From: Anaerohalosphaeraceae bacterium
GTDB lineage: Bacteria > Planctomycetota > Phycisphaerae > Sedimentisphaerales > Anaerohalosphaeraceae
DNA length: 34,065 bases
Direction of reading: 5' to 3'
NCBI GenBank assembly: GCA_041690555.1
Contig: JAWLHD010000002.1
Coordinates: forward strand, 1-34,065
In this document: positions 26,525 to 34,065 of the stretch, piece after piece
How the letters are laid out: each line of letters starts with the position of its first letter
Position numbering within the stretch: position 1 is the first letter of the stretch
Notes under the pieces: generated by a model
What the model saw: the letters and a program-made list of their open reading frames with translations, nothing else
Told to the model about the DNA's origin: nothing
Databases searched by the model: none
Made by a program: the position numbers and the translations under genes

Positions 26525-28255
26525 ATGAATACTGATAAAAGATCGGGTAGAGTACTTATGTCCGGGAACGAGGCTGCGGCGCAGGGCGCTTGGGAGGCCG
26601 GGGTCGGCACAGCGTGCGCGTATCCCGGCACTCCATCCACTGAAATACTTGAAAACCTTGCGCGTTTCATGGAAGTGGATGCTCAGTGGTCGGTTAACGA
26701 AAAGGTGGCTTACGAGGTTGCCCTCGGGGCGGCTATGGGTGGCAAGCGGAGTCTGTTTGCGTGCAAGCACGTTGGGCTGAACGTGGCGATGGATCCGCTG
26801 ATGACGTCGTCCTACACAGGCATCTCCGGCGGGTTTGTGGTGGTGGTGTGCGACGATCCGCAGATGCATTCGTCGCAGAACGAGCAGGATACGCGGTGGG
26901 TCGGGATATTCGGCAAGGTTCCGATCCTGGAGCCTTCGTGTCCGGCTGAGGCTCGACAGTACGTCAAGGAGGCTTTTGATCTCAGCGAGGAGTTCGACAC
27001 GCCAGTGCTGGTGCGGATGACGACTCGTGTTTCGCATACCAAGGAGGACGTGGAAGTCGGCGCACGTGCGGAAGTGGAGCGGAGGGCTTTCAAGAGGGAC
27101 GTGGCGAAATATGTGATGATTCCAAAGAATGCTCGGGGTCGTCATGCGGCAGTCGAGGAGCGGATGTCGCGGCTTGCGGCGTTTGCGGAGCGGAGCGTGC
27201 TTAACCGCGAGGAGGCGGGCAGCGAGGATATGGGGTTTGTTACGGCGGGGGTATCGTACAACTACGTGAAAGAATGCTATCCGGATGCTTCGGTTCTGAA
27301 GATGGGAATGGCTTATCCGTTCTGCGACGAGAAGATTATGGACTTCGCCAGGCGGGTGAAGAAGCTCGTGGTGGTGGAAGAGCTGGACCCGTTTATTGAG
27401 GATCATCTCAAGTCGCTTGGTTTGGAGATTACGGCGAAGGACGCTTCGTTTCGGGTGGGCGAGCTCGGCACGGAGTTTATCGGGGAGATTGTGGAAGGGA
27501 GAAAGAAGCAGCAGGTCAAGGCGATGGGCCGCAAGCCGCTGCTTTGCGCGGGGTGCCCGCACCGGTTCGCGTTTTCGGCACTCAAGAAGCTCGGGGTTTT
27601 CGTGGCGGGCGACATCGGGTGCTATTCTCTGGCGTCTTTGCCGCCGTTGTCGAGTCTGCATACATGCGTGTGCATGGGTACGGGCGTTACGCTGACGGAA
27701 GGTCTGAAGCGGGCGAGGCCGGAGGAGAGGATCGTCGGCGTATTAGGCGATTCGACGTTTGTTCACTCGGGCGTTACGGGTCTTATCAATGCCGTTTACA
27801 ACAAGGCTCAAGGCGTCGTGATCATACTGGACAATTCGATAACCGCGATGACGGGCGGGCAGCAGAACCCGGCGACGGGGCTTACAATTCGCAACGAGGA
27901 GACGAAGAAGCTGGACCTGGAGGCGCTGTGCCGGAGCTGCGGCGTGGAGAACGTCGACGTCATAGACCACACGGATGTGAAGGCATTCGAGCAGCTCGTC
28001 AAGAAGCGGGTCGGGCAGGCGTACCTTTCGGTGATTATCGCCCGGAGCCCCTGCAAGATGATCGACAGGAGCCGTAAGGCGGCGACGGTTTATGAGAGCC
28101 AGTTGTGCCGGCAGTGCGGGCTTTGCCTCGAAATAGACTGTCCCGGCGTGATGAAGACGGAGGAGGGCCTGGCGGGGATCGACGCCGTTGTTTGCGTGGG
28201 GTGCGGTCTTTGCGTCGCTGTTTGTCCTTTTGGAGCGCTGAAGAATGAAGTCTAA
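26525..28255 (+). CDS. iorA: Indolepyruvate:ferredoxin oxidoreductase subunit alpha
   Basis: LMSGNEAAAQGAWEAGV..AYPGTPSTEILE at the N-terminus. TPP-binding region GDSTFVHSG. C-terminal 2x[4Fe-4S] motifs CRQCGLCLEIDCP and CVGCGLCVAVCP. The start could alternatively be Met12 (26558). Confidence 0.9.
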   Translation: MNTDKRSGRVLMSGNEAAAQGAWEAGVGTACAYPGTPSTEILENLARFMEVDAQWSVNEKVAYEVALGAAMGGKRSLFACKHVGLNVAMDPLMTSSYTGISGGFVVVVCDDPQMHSSQNEQDTRWVGIFGKVPILEPSCPAEARQYVKEAFDLSEEFDTPVLVRMTTRVSHTKEDVEVGARAEVERRAFKRDVAKYVMIPKNARGRHAAVEERMSRLAAFAERSVLNREEAGSEDMGFVTAGVSYNYVKECYPDASVLKMGMAYPFCDEKIMDFARRVKKLVVVEELDPFIEDHLKSLGLEITAKDASFRVGELGTEFIGEIVEGRKKQQVKAMGRKPLLCAGCPHRFAFSALKKLGVFVAGDIGCYSLASLPPLSSLHTCVCMGTGVTLTEGLKRARPEERIVGVLGDSTFVHSGVTGLINAVYNKAQGVVIILDNSITAMTGGQQNPATGLTIRNEETKKLDLEALCRSCGVENVDVIDHTDVKAFEQLVKKRVGQAYLSVIIARSPCKMIDRSRKAATVYESQLCRQCGLCLEIDCPGVMKTEEGLAGIDAVVCVGCGLCVAVCPFGALKNEV

Positions 28256-28736
28256 CGTGTGCAACATCGTGTTCGGGGGCATCGGCGGACAGGGCATATT
28301 GAAGGCGTCGGAGATATGCGCAACGGCGGCTCTCTGCGAGGGTCATCACGTGAAGAAATCGGAGGTGCACGGGATGGCGCAGAGGGGCGGATCGGTCGAG
28401 TCGCACGTTCGATTCGGGGATGCGGTTTACTCGCCTCTGGTCGGGGCGGGAGGCGCAGATTACCTGGTGTGTTTTCACGAAGACGAACATGAGCGGCTGA
28501 GACGTTTTCTGCGGCGTGAGGGGGTCGATTTGACCGTTTATCTGAAGCAGGCGGCGGATGCGCTGAGGGACAGGCGGCAATTGAACACGTTTCTGGTGGG
28601 GGTACTGTCGGCGCATCTGGAGATTTCGCAGGGAAGCTGGGAGAAGGCGCTGGAGGCGGTTTTTGAGAGCCGCATACGTGAAGAGAATTACAGGGTTTTT
28701 GTTGCCGGCAGGTCATTGAAGCATGATATGGAATGA
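28245..28736 (+). CDS. iorB: Indolepyruvate:ferredoxin oxidoreductase subunit beta
   Basis: NIVFGGIGGQGILKASEI ... KKSEVHGMAQRGGSV is the typical pattern for the gamma-like domain of 2-oxoacid:ferredoxin oxidoreductases. It overlaps iorA by 11 nt. At 163 aa it is somewhat short for the family. Confidence 0.8.
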   Translation: MKSNVCNIVFGGIGGQGILKASEICATAALCEGHHVKKSEVHGMAQRGGSVESHVRFGDAVYSPLVGAGGADYLVCFHEDEHERLRRFLRREGVDLTVYLKQAADALRDRRQLNTFLVGVLSAHLEISQGSWEKALEAVFESRIREENYRVFVAGRSLKHDME

Positions 28737-30024
28737 AGAATTCGAATGCATGGAGCTGGAGGACCTGAAGAACATTCAGTCCGAACGGCTTTCGAGGATT
28801 GCGTCTTACGTGTACAAGAACTGCCCGGTGTACAGGCAGAAGTTCGATGACGCGGGTGTGGGTCCGGGGGACGTGAGGACTATAGACGATATCGTGAAGC
28901 TCCCTTTCACCACGAAGGAGGACATGCGGGACAACTATCCGTTCGGTCTTTTTTCGGTGGACACCAGGCATGTTTCGGCGATTCATGTATCCAGCGGCAC
29001 GACGGGGAACCCGACGCTGGTGGGTTATACGAAGGACGACATAGCGCTGTGGTCGGACGTTGTTGCGCGTGCGCTGTGCTGCGCGGGGGCGGAGCCCGGT
29101 GACAGAATACAGAACGCTTACGGGTACGGTTTTTTCACTGGCGGTCTGGGTCTTCATTACGGCGCGTTGGCGATGGGGCTTACGGTGATCCCGATATCGG
29201 CGGGCCAGACGAAACGGCAATTGAAGATCATGCAGGATCTTCAGCCTCGGATCATCTCGTGTACGCCAAGCTACGCGCTGTATATAGCGGAGGAGGCCAG
29301 AGAGATGGGGCTCGATCCGCGGCAGAGCAGTTGGGAGATCGGGATATTCGGCGCGGAGCCGTGGAGCGAGTCGATACGCGTGGATATCGAAAGGGAGCTG
29401 AACCTGCTTGCTACGGATATTTACGGGCTTTCGGAGATCATTGGGCCGGGGGTATCGCAGGAGTGCAGGTACAAGGACGGTCTGCATGTTTTCTCGGATG
29501 TGTTTTTCTGCGAGCTTATTGACCCCGTTACGAATGAGCCGGTTGCGGAGGGCGAGGACGGCGAGCTTGTGATAACGACGCTGACGAAGCAGGCGATACC
29601 GCTGATCAGATACAGAACGCGGGACATCGTGAGCATCAACAATTCGGCGTGCCGCTGCGGCAGGACGAGCCCGCGTCTGAGCAAGATCAAGGGCAGGACT
29701 GACGACATGATCGTGGTGAAGGGCATCAACGTGTTCCCTTCTCAGATCGAGCATGTGCTTTTCGGGATTGAGGGGGTGGGGAACAGTTACCAGATCGTGG
29801 TGGACCGGAAGTCCCACGGACTGGACGAGGTAGAGGTGCTGGTGGAGGTTGAGGAGAGCATTTTTTCGGACGAGGTGAAGGTTCTCAGGGAACTGCAGAC
29901 AGAGATCAAGAGCCAGATTGATTCGGTTCTTTCCATCGGCGTCAAGGTTACGCTGGTCGAGCCGAAGACGATCGAAAGAAGCATCGGCAAGTCGAAACGG
30001 CTAATTGACAAAAGGACATTGTGA
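28723..30024 (+). CDS. paaK: Phenylacetate--CoA ligase family (PaaK / F390-synthetase-like adenylating enzyme)
   Basis: N-terminus MIWNEEFECMELEDLKNIQSERL. AMP-binding motifs SSGTTGNPT, YGLSE and RYRTRD. The ending KSKRLIDKR is typical of PaaK. It overlaps iorB by 14 nt. Confidence 0.9.
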   Translation: MIWNEEFECMELEDLKNIQSERLSRIASYVYKNCPVYRQKFDDAGVGPGDVRTIDDIVKLPFTTKEDMRDNYPFGLFSVDTRHVSAIHVSSGTTGNPTLVGYTKDDIALWSDVVARALCCAGAEPGDRIQNAYGYGFFTGGLGLHYGALAMGLTVIPISAGQTKRQLKIMQDLQPRIISCTPSYALYIAEEAREMGLDPRQSSWEIGIFGAEPWSESIRVDIERELNLLATDIYGLSEIIGPGVSQECRYKDGLHVFSDVFFCELIDPVTNEPVAEGEDGELVITTLTKQAIPLIRYRTRDIVSINNSACRCGRTSPRLSKIKGRTDDMIVVKGINVFPSQIEHVLFGIEGVGNSYQIVVDRKSHGLDEVEVLVEVEESIFSDEVKVLRELQTEIKSQIDSVLSIGVKVTLVEPKTIERSIGKSKRLIDKRTL

Positions 30025-30035
30025 GGCGGCAGCTC

Positions 30036-30467
30036 ATGAAGATTACGCAGATTTCGGTATTCCTGGAGAATCGCAAGGGGCGTCTGGCGGAGGTATGTGC
30101 GCTCTGGGGCAGGAACGACGTTAACATTCGGGCACTGACGATCGCCGAGACCGAGAGTTTCGGGGTGCTGCGGACGATAGTGGACAGGCCGGAGACGGCG
30201 ATCAAGGTGTTGAAAGAGAACGGGTTTGCGGCGAATATTACCGATGTTACGGTGGTGGAGGTTTCGGACAGGCCGGGGGGGCTTGCTAACGTGCTGGAGG
30301 TGCTTTCCGATAACGACGTGAATATCGAGTACATGTACGGATTCGGCGAGAAGTACAGTAACAATGCCCTGCTGGTGTTTCGATTCGAGGATACGGCGCA
30401 GGCACAGGATATTCTCCTGGCCAACGGCATAAAGATTGTGACTCGCAAAGAGATTCATGGCTTGTGA
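30036..30467 (+). CDS. Tandem ACT-domain protein
   Basis: ATG 30036 (MKITQISVFLENRKGRLAEV) has GAGG 9 nt upstream. Two ACT-like units are visible (ISVFLENRKGRLAEV... and VVEVSDRPGGLANVLEVL...). This is the usual fourth gene of iorAB-paaK clusters. Confidence 0.8.
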   Translation: MKITQISVFLENRKGRLAEVCALWGRNDVNIRALTIAETESFGVLRTIVDRPETAIKVLKENGFAANITDVTVVEVSDRPGGLANVLEVLSDNDVNIEYMYGFGEKYSNNALLVFRFEDTAQAQDILLANGIKIVTRKEIHGL

Positions 30468-30483
30468 TCGGCATTGGACGGGC

Positions 30484-30575
30484 GAGCAAAACCGTTCGGG
30501 GCCCCCAGAGGCCAAAATTTCCCCCCCGGCGAAAAGATGCTCCAAATTTCGGCCTCTGCCCAAACGGTTTTGCTC
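30484..30575. repeat. 92-bp imperfect palindrome (long hairpin) immediately after the ior-paaK-ACT operon
   Basis: Arm 30484-30520 pairs with arm 30544-30575. I counted 30 base pairs (blocks of 13+3+8+6), 2 mismatches and one 5-nt bulge (30501-30505), with a 23-nt loop (30521-30543). No U-tract follows on either strand. Confidence 0.7.
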
Positions 30576-30870
30576 TCCAAGGTCACTGTGGGGTGGGTTC
30601 GGGATGCTGAATTGCGGATAATGCGCCAGCCTTGGGGGTTGATCCTCAGGGGGTATAGGGGCAAATCACTAATGTGCCGAAAAATGTCACAGCATGCGGG
30701 GTGCGGCAAGCACTGTTTTTGCATACAGGACGTATAACGAGTCAACAGCAGGCGGAGCGGTTGAGCTGGTTTGTCTGCTTTGTTGAGAAATGTTCGGTCC
30801 CGAGGGAGAAGATTGAGGCCCACTCATTCCGGATCGGGTAGCAAGACGAGGGCCCTGATTGGAGGTTGAA

Positions 30871-31551
30871 ATGAAGGTTGTCACAGTATTGGTTGCTGCG
30901 TCGATTTTTTCGGGGATATCCATAGCGGCGGATGGCGAACCTGCTTTGCGGTTTGAGGCGTTGCCGTATGCTTATGACGCCCTTGAACCGCACATTGATG
31001 CCAAGACGATGGAGATACACTACAGCCGGCACCATAGGGGTTACTTCAACAATCTGTTGAAGGCGGTCGATGGGACGGCGCTTGCGGGCAAGCAGGTTGA
31101 GGCGATACTGGCTGAGGTCAGCAAGTGGCCGGACGCGGTGCGGAATAATGCGGGCGGACACTATAACCATACGCTGTTCTGGAAGGTGATGTCGCCGGAG
31201 GGGGGCGGGGCGCCGATGGGGCGCCTGGGCAGGCAGATCGACGCGACGTTCGGGTCGTTTGAGAAGTTTCAGGAGGTGTTCAAGCAGGCTGCGGCGACGC
31301 GTTTCGGCAGCGGGTGGGCATGGCTGGTCGTGGCGGAGGACGGGTCGCTTTTTGTGAGTTCGACGCCGAATCAGGATAATCCTCTTATGGATGTTGTCGA
31401 GAAGCGCGGGACGCCGATTTTGGGGTTGGATGTCTGGGAGCACGCTTACTATCTGAAGTATCAGAATTTGCGGGGCAGCTATATCGATGCTTTCTGGGAA
31501 GTTGTGGACTGGCGCGAGGTTTCGCGGCGTTATGCGGCGGCGCGTAGATAG
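30871..31551 (+). CDS. Fe/Mn-family superoxide dismutase with N-terminal signal peptide
   Basis: GGAGG (30861-30865) lies 5 nt before ATG 30871. Signal-like [22 protein letters not shown]. Mature part: [44 protein letters not shown]. Confidence 0.9.
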   Translation: MKVVTVLVAASIFSGISIAADGEPALRFEALPYAYDALEPHIDAKTMEIHYSRHHRGYFNNLLKAVDGTALAGKQVEAILAEVSKWPDAVRNNAGGHYNHTLFWKVMSPEGGGAPMGRLGRQIDATFGSFEKFQEVFKQAAATRFGSGWAWLVVAEDGSLFVSSTPNQDNPLMDVVEKRGTPILGLDVWEHAYYLKYQNLRGSYIDAFWEVVDWREVSRRYAAARR

Positions 31552-31659
31552 ATTTCGTTTTTGCTCAGCGTCACCAGTGCGGCGGCAGCGGGAGTGAGAT
31601 ACCCCCCTGCCGCAGTCTTGTCATGAGCGCTTTTATATGGGGCCAACGGACCATTGACT

Positions 31660-31929
31660 CTATATCTCATCGGCAGCAAGGGTCATGATCATACTTATAC
31701 GGAGCTGTTCCTGTGGGGAGAGTGATTTCTCAACGATGCGCCAGATTACATTCTGCCGCTCCGAGTGGTTTAGCACCTTGAACTGGGGCGCGACGACCGT
31801 GACACGGTACAGTTGAGTTGTAGGTACAGCTTCGGTGTGCACCTTCGCCTCGATACCGACGGCGGCCAGCTCGCTGCGTAGAGACTGTTTGAGCTTCCTC
31901 AAGAAGGGCGCGTCCTTTACCTTAGACAT
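31660..31929 (-). CDS. Hypothetical 89-aa protein, translationally coupled to the upstream HEPN-like gene
   Basis: ATG 31929 has AGGGAG 8 nt upstream, located inside the preceding gene, with a 13-nt overlap. I recognised no family. The core YRVTVVAPQF...RQNVIWRIV...ISMIMTL has a loosely BolA-like spacing. Confidence 0.6.
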   Translation of the reverse strand: MSKVKDAPFLRKLKQSLRSELAAVGIEAKVHTEAVPTTQLYRVTVVAPQFKVLNHSERQNVIWRIVEKSLSPQEQLRISMIMTLAADEI

Positions 31930-32420
31930 GCTTTGAGCTCCCTGACCTGGTCAAGAAATTGACGTGCTTCGTTTATGTTTGCGCTATAGGGGGAGTATCG
32001 CGCAAAGATCGTCCAGGCACAGACGGCTTTGAGCGATTGCAGAGGGCGATTGGATCCCTTTTGACCGAATTGCAGAAGGGTTTGCTGGATTTCAGGCAAT
32101 CTGGCGAGAATTGCATCAAGGTCATGAGAGCGATAACAGAGCGACCAAAGGCGCTGCTGTTGACGGGAACGGGCAATCGGAAAGGAGGCGTTCTGAAGCC
32201 AGCGGAACTTCTCTATGAGCCTGGCCTTTAGAAGGCATTCGACGGCGAATCCCGCCAGGTACATGGCACCGTTGGCCCGGGCATTGCTTCGAGTCCGGCA
32301 CAGTGCACTTGCGTCGTCGAAGCGTCGTTCCGCAACGGTCCTGAGCTGACTGGGCCTTAGTTTTGTTTTTGCAAAAATATGCACGTAATGGAGTATAGTT
32401 TCCGCATCCACTGTTGTCAA
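31917..32420 (-). CDS. HEPN-like domain protein (167 aa)
   Basis: TTG start at 32420 with AAGG 4 nt upstream; GTG 32411 is an alternative. The all-helical pattern AMYLAGFAVECLLKARL ... YRSHDLDAILARL ... WTIFARYSP resembles the HEPN (PF05168-like) signature helices. Confidence 0.55.
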   Translation of the reverse strand: MTTVDAETILHYVHIFAKTKLRPSQLRTVAERRFDDASALCRTRSNARANGAMYLAGFAVECLLKARLIEKFRWLQNASFPIARSRQQQRLWSLCYRSHDLDAILARLPEIQQTLLQFGQKGSNRPLQSLKAVCAWTIFARYSPYSANINEARQFLDQVRELKACLR

Positions 32421-32448
32421 CCAGCCTTGGAAATGAGCTTTTGCATGG

Positions 32449-32477
32449 TTGCAATTGGGGCTGGGGGCGTGTAGTAT
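32449..32477 (+). promoter_or_regulatory. Putative sigma70-like promoter for dhaL-lsrF-like operon
   Basis: TTGCAA (32449-32454), a 17-nt spacer, then TAGTAT (32472-32477). Confidence 0.4.
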
Positions 32478-32522
32478 GTTGGGTCGGCCGGGGGCATGGT
32501 ACGGTTATTTTTGGGCGAGACG

Positions 32523-33152
32523 ATGTCGGATTGTATTGGCAGGACAGAGGTTGTGGGGATGCTCGGGGCGGCGGCGGGTTTGATTCGCGCGAACGTGGAG
32601 CTGCTTTCGCGGCTGGATTCGTTTGGTGGGGACGGGGATCATGGTACGACGATGGTGCGGGGGATGAATATACTGGAGAAGACGGCTGCGGAGAGTGCTG
32701 GTGGGGACGTCAAGGGGCTGCTGAGCGATGTCGGCTGGGCAGTGATGGGCGTTGACGGGGGTGCGACGGGGCCGCTGTTTGGGACGTTTTTTGGCGGGAT
32801 GAGCGAGGCGGCGTCGGATGTGATCGATGCGGGGACTCTGGCGGGGATGTTGGAGGCGGGGCTGGAGGCGGTGCGGGGGCTGACGCAGGCGAAGCCGGGG
32901 GACAAGACGATGATGGATGCGCTGGTGCCCGCGGTTGAGGCTGCGCGGGCGGCGGCGGACGGGGGTGCTGCGGTTGCCGAGGCGCTGGAGACGGCGGCGG
33001 AGGCGGCGGCGAAGGGGGCCGAGGCGACGAAGGGTATGAAGGCGACTTTTGGTCGTGCGAAGAACATCGGCGAAAAGAGCATCGGGAATGCCGATGCGGG
33101 GGCGACGAGTGTATCATTGATATTCAAGGGTTTCTGTGAAGGAGTGCATTGA
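32523..33152 (+). CDS. dhaL: Dihydroxyacetone kinase ADP-binding subunit DhaL (Dak2 domain)
   Basis: GGDGDHGTTM motif 35 aa from Met at 32523, the same spacing as I recall for E. coli DhaL. Also GPLFGTFF and KTMMDALVPA. The 209-aa length fits the family. The track start ATG 32496 would add 9 residues and remains possible. Confidence 0.85.
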   Translation: MSDCIGRTEVVGMLGAAAGLIRANVELLSRLDSFGGDGDHGTTMVRGMNILEKTAAESAGGDVKGLLSDVGWAVMGVDGGATGPLFGTFFGGMSEAASDVIDAGTLAGMLEAGLEAVRGLTQAKPGDKTMMDALVPAVEAARAAADGGAAVAEALETAAEAAAKGAEATKGMKATFGRAKNIGEKSIGNADAGATSVSLIFKGFCEGVH

Positions 33153-34039
33153 TGCCGGACGCGGATAAGGGCAAAGACACGAAGGATTTCGGGATCGGGA
33201 TTCCGGTTGAGACGCCGGGGTTCTTTTTGAAGGGTGCGGGGCATCTGGGCTGGGGGATGAAAAACCGGCTGTCGCGGATATTCAACCCGGTTAGCGGCAA
33301 GACGGTGATGCTGGCATTCGACCACGGGTACATCATGGGGCCGACGAGCGGATTGGAGCGGATGGATCTGGCGATTCCGCCGCTGCTGCCTTATGCGGAT
33401 TGTCTGATGTGCACGCGCGGGGCGATTCAGACTTGCGTTGATCCGACGTGCAGCAAGCCGTTTGTGATGCGGTCGAGCACGGGTGCGACGGTGCTGAAGG
33501 AGTTGAGTAATGAGGTGATCGGGGTTGTTGTTGAGGATGCGGTGCGGCTGAATGCGTCGGCGATTACATGCCAGGTTTGCATCGGGGCGGAGTTCGAGAA
33601 GGAGACTCTGGCCAATCTGAGTTATCTGATTAATGAGGGGAACCGGTACGGGATGCCGACGTTGGGGGTTACGGCGGTTGGCAAGGAACTTGTTCGCGAC
33701 AGCCGTTACCTTGGTCTTGCGACGCGGGTGATCGCGGAGTTAGGGGCGCATTTCGTGAAGACGTATTATTGCGAGCCGGGGTTTGAGGAGGTTGTGGCGG
33801 GCTGCCCGATACCGGTGGTTATCGCTGGCGGCAAGAAGATACCTGAGATCGATGCGCTGAAGATGGCGCGGAACGCGATCGACCAGGGCGCGATGGGGGT
33901 GGACATGGGTAGGAATATTTTCTGTGCGGAGGATCCTGCGGCGATGATTCAGGCTGTGGGGGCGGTGGTGCACAAGAACGAGAAGCCGGATAAGGCGTTG
34001 GATATGTATAAGACGCTTATGAGTGAGCGGAAGAAATGA
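33152..34039 (+). CDS. lsrF: LsrF-like class I aldolase/thiolase (DhnA/FbaB family)
   Basis: AAGGAG (33139-33144) lies 7 nt before ATG 33152; the track starts at TTG 33149. TGATG junction with dhaL. Near end-to-end resemblance to E. coli LsrF as I remember it: RLSRIFNPVSGKTVMLAFDHGY, LMCTRG, AVRLNASA, GMPTLGVTAVGKELVRDSRY, AHFVKTYY (Schiff-base Lys context), VAGCPIPVVIAGGKK, GVDMGRNIF. Confidence 0.85.
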   Translation: MPDADKGKDTKDFGIGIPVETPGFFLKGAGHLGWGMKNRLSRIFNPVSGKTVMLAFDHGYIMGPTSGLERMDLAIPPLLPYADCLMCTRGAIQTCVDPTCSKPFVMRSSTGATVLKELSNEVIGVVVEDAVRLNASAITCQVCIGAEFEKETLANLSYLINEGNRYGMPTLGVTAVGKELVRDSRYLGLATRVIAELGAHFVKTYYCEPGFEEVVAGCPIPVVIAGGKKIPEIDALKMARNAIDQGAMGVDMGRNIFCAEDPAAMIQAVGAVVHKNEKPDKALDMYKTLMSERKK

Positions 34040-34065
34040 GTGAGCCCGTCGGCCGGGATGGAACG
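34036..34065 (+). CDS. 5' end of a further coupled gene (10 codons only, MSEPVGRDGT...)
   Basis: The ATG overlaps the lsrF-like stop as ATGA, the same coupling style used elsewhere in the window. The fragment is too short to identify. Confidence 0.3.
   Translation, partial: MSEPVGRDGT

Noticed and set aside
30474-30737. 87-aa + strand ORF (MDGRAKPFGAPRGQNFPPGEK...)
   Set aside because: It runs straight through the 92-bp palindrome, has no SD, and its sequence is dictated by the repeat arms.
31582-31613. Hairpin GCGGCAG...CTGCCGC between convergent sod and the 89-aa gene, as a possible bidirectional terminator
   Set aside because: The stem is only 7 + 3 bp with a mismatch, and no U-tract follows on either strand. 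That is too weak to call.
32710-33117. Proline-rich 135-aa minus-strand ORF (PPPPPPSPAPRQPQHPRPPPP...)
   Set aside because: It is antisense to the Ala/Gly-rich dhaL coding sequence. The proline run is simply the complement of GGN/GCN codons.

Overview
This is a 34 kb, roughly 60% GC, gene-dense bacterial chromosomal segment. I recognised no rRNA, tRNA, CRISPR array, transposase or integrase. I call 29 protein-coding genes, two of them truncated by the window edges; the left-edge gene is absent from the supplied ORF track.

Gene order:
(1) a TPR/glycosyltransferase-like gene, partial;
(2) a secreted dockerin-tailed protein;
(3) a Zn-alcohol dehydrogenase plus SDR pair;
(4) a seven-gene minus-strand operon for the methyl branch of the Wood-Ljungdahl pathway, fhs - giant HdrA/GltD fusion - mvhD - hdrC - hdrB - metV - metF, mostly joined by ATGA overlaps;
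(5) a five-gene exported operon, NHL propeller - pentahaem cytochrome - 675-aa outer-membrane-type beta-barrel - NHL propeller - dodecahaem cytochrome, preceded by a separately terminated tetrahaem cytochrome gene;
(6) a stand-alone GMP-synthase ATP-pyrophosphatase subunit and a GH29 fucosidase;
(7) iorA-iorB-paaK-ACT (arylpyruvate/arylacetate module);
(8) a signal-peptide-bearing Fe/Mn superoxide dismutase;
(9) a small HEPN-like two-gene module;
(10) dhaL coupled to an LsrF-like class I aldolase/thiolase.

The gene content points to an anaerobe. Dockerin-like tails, the fucosidase and the non-canonical G-G-C signal ends are weakly suggestive of a PVC/Planctomycetota-like lineage, but that is only an inference.

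The most unusual feature is the cytochrome/NHL/barrel operon, a candidate outer-membrane electron conduit whose composition I cannot match to a characterised system. It sits directly upstream of, and co-oriented with, the Hdr-MetFV-Fhs operon. Second is the 1488-aa HdrA protein carrying an inserted GltD/NfnB-like NAD(P)H module.

All functional calls come from motif reading by eye. No database search was run.
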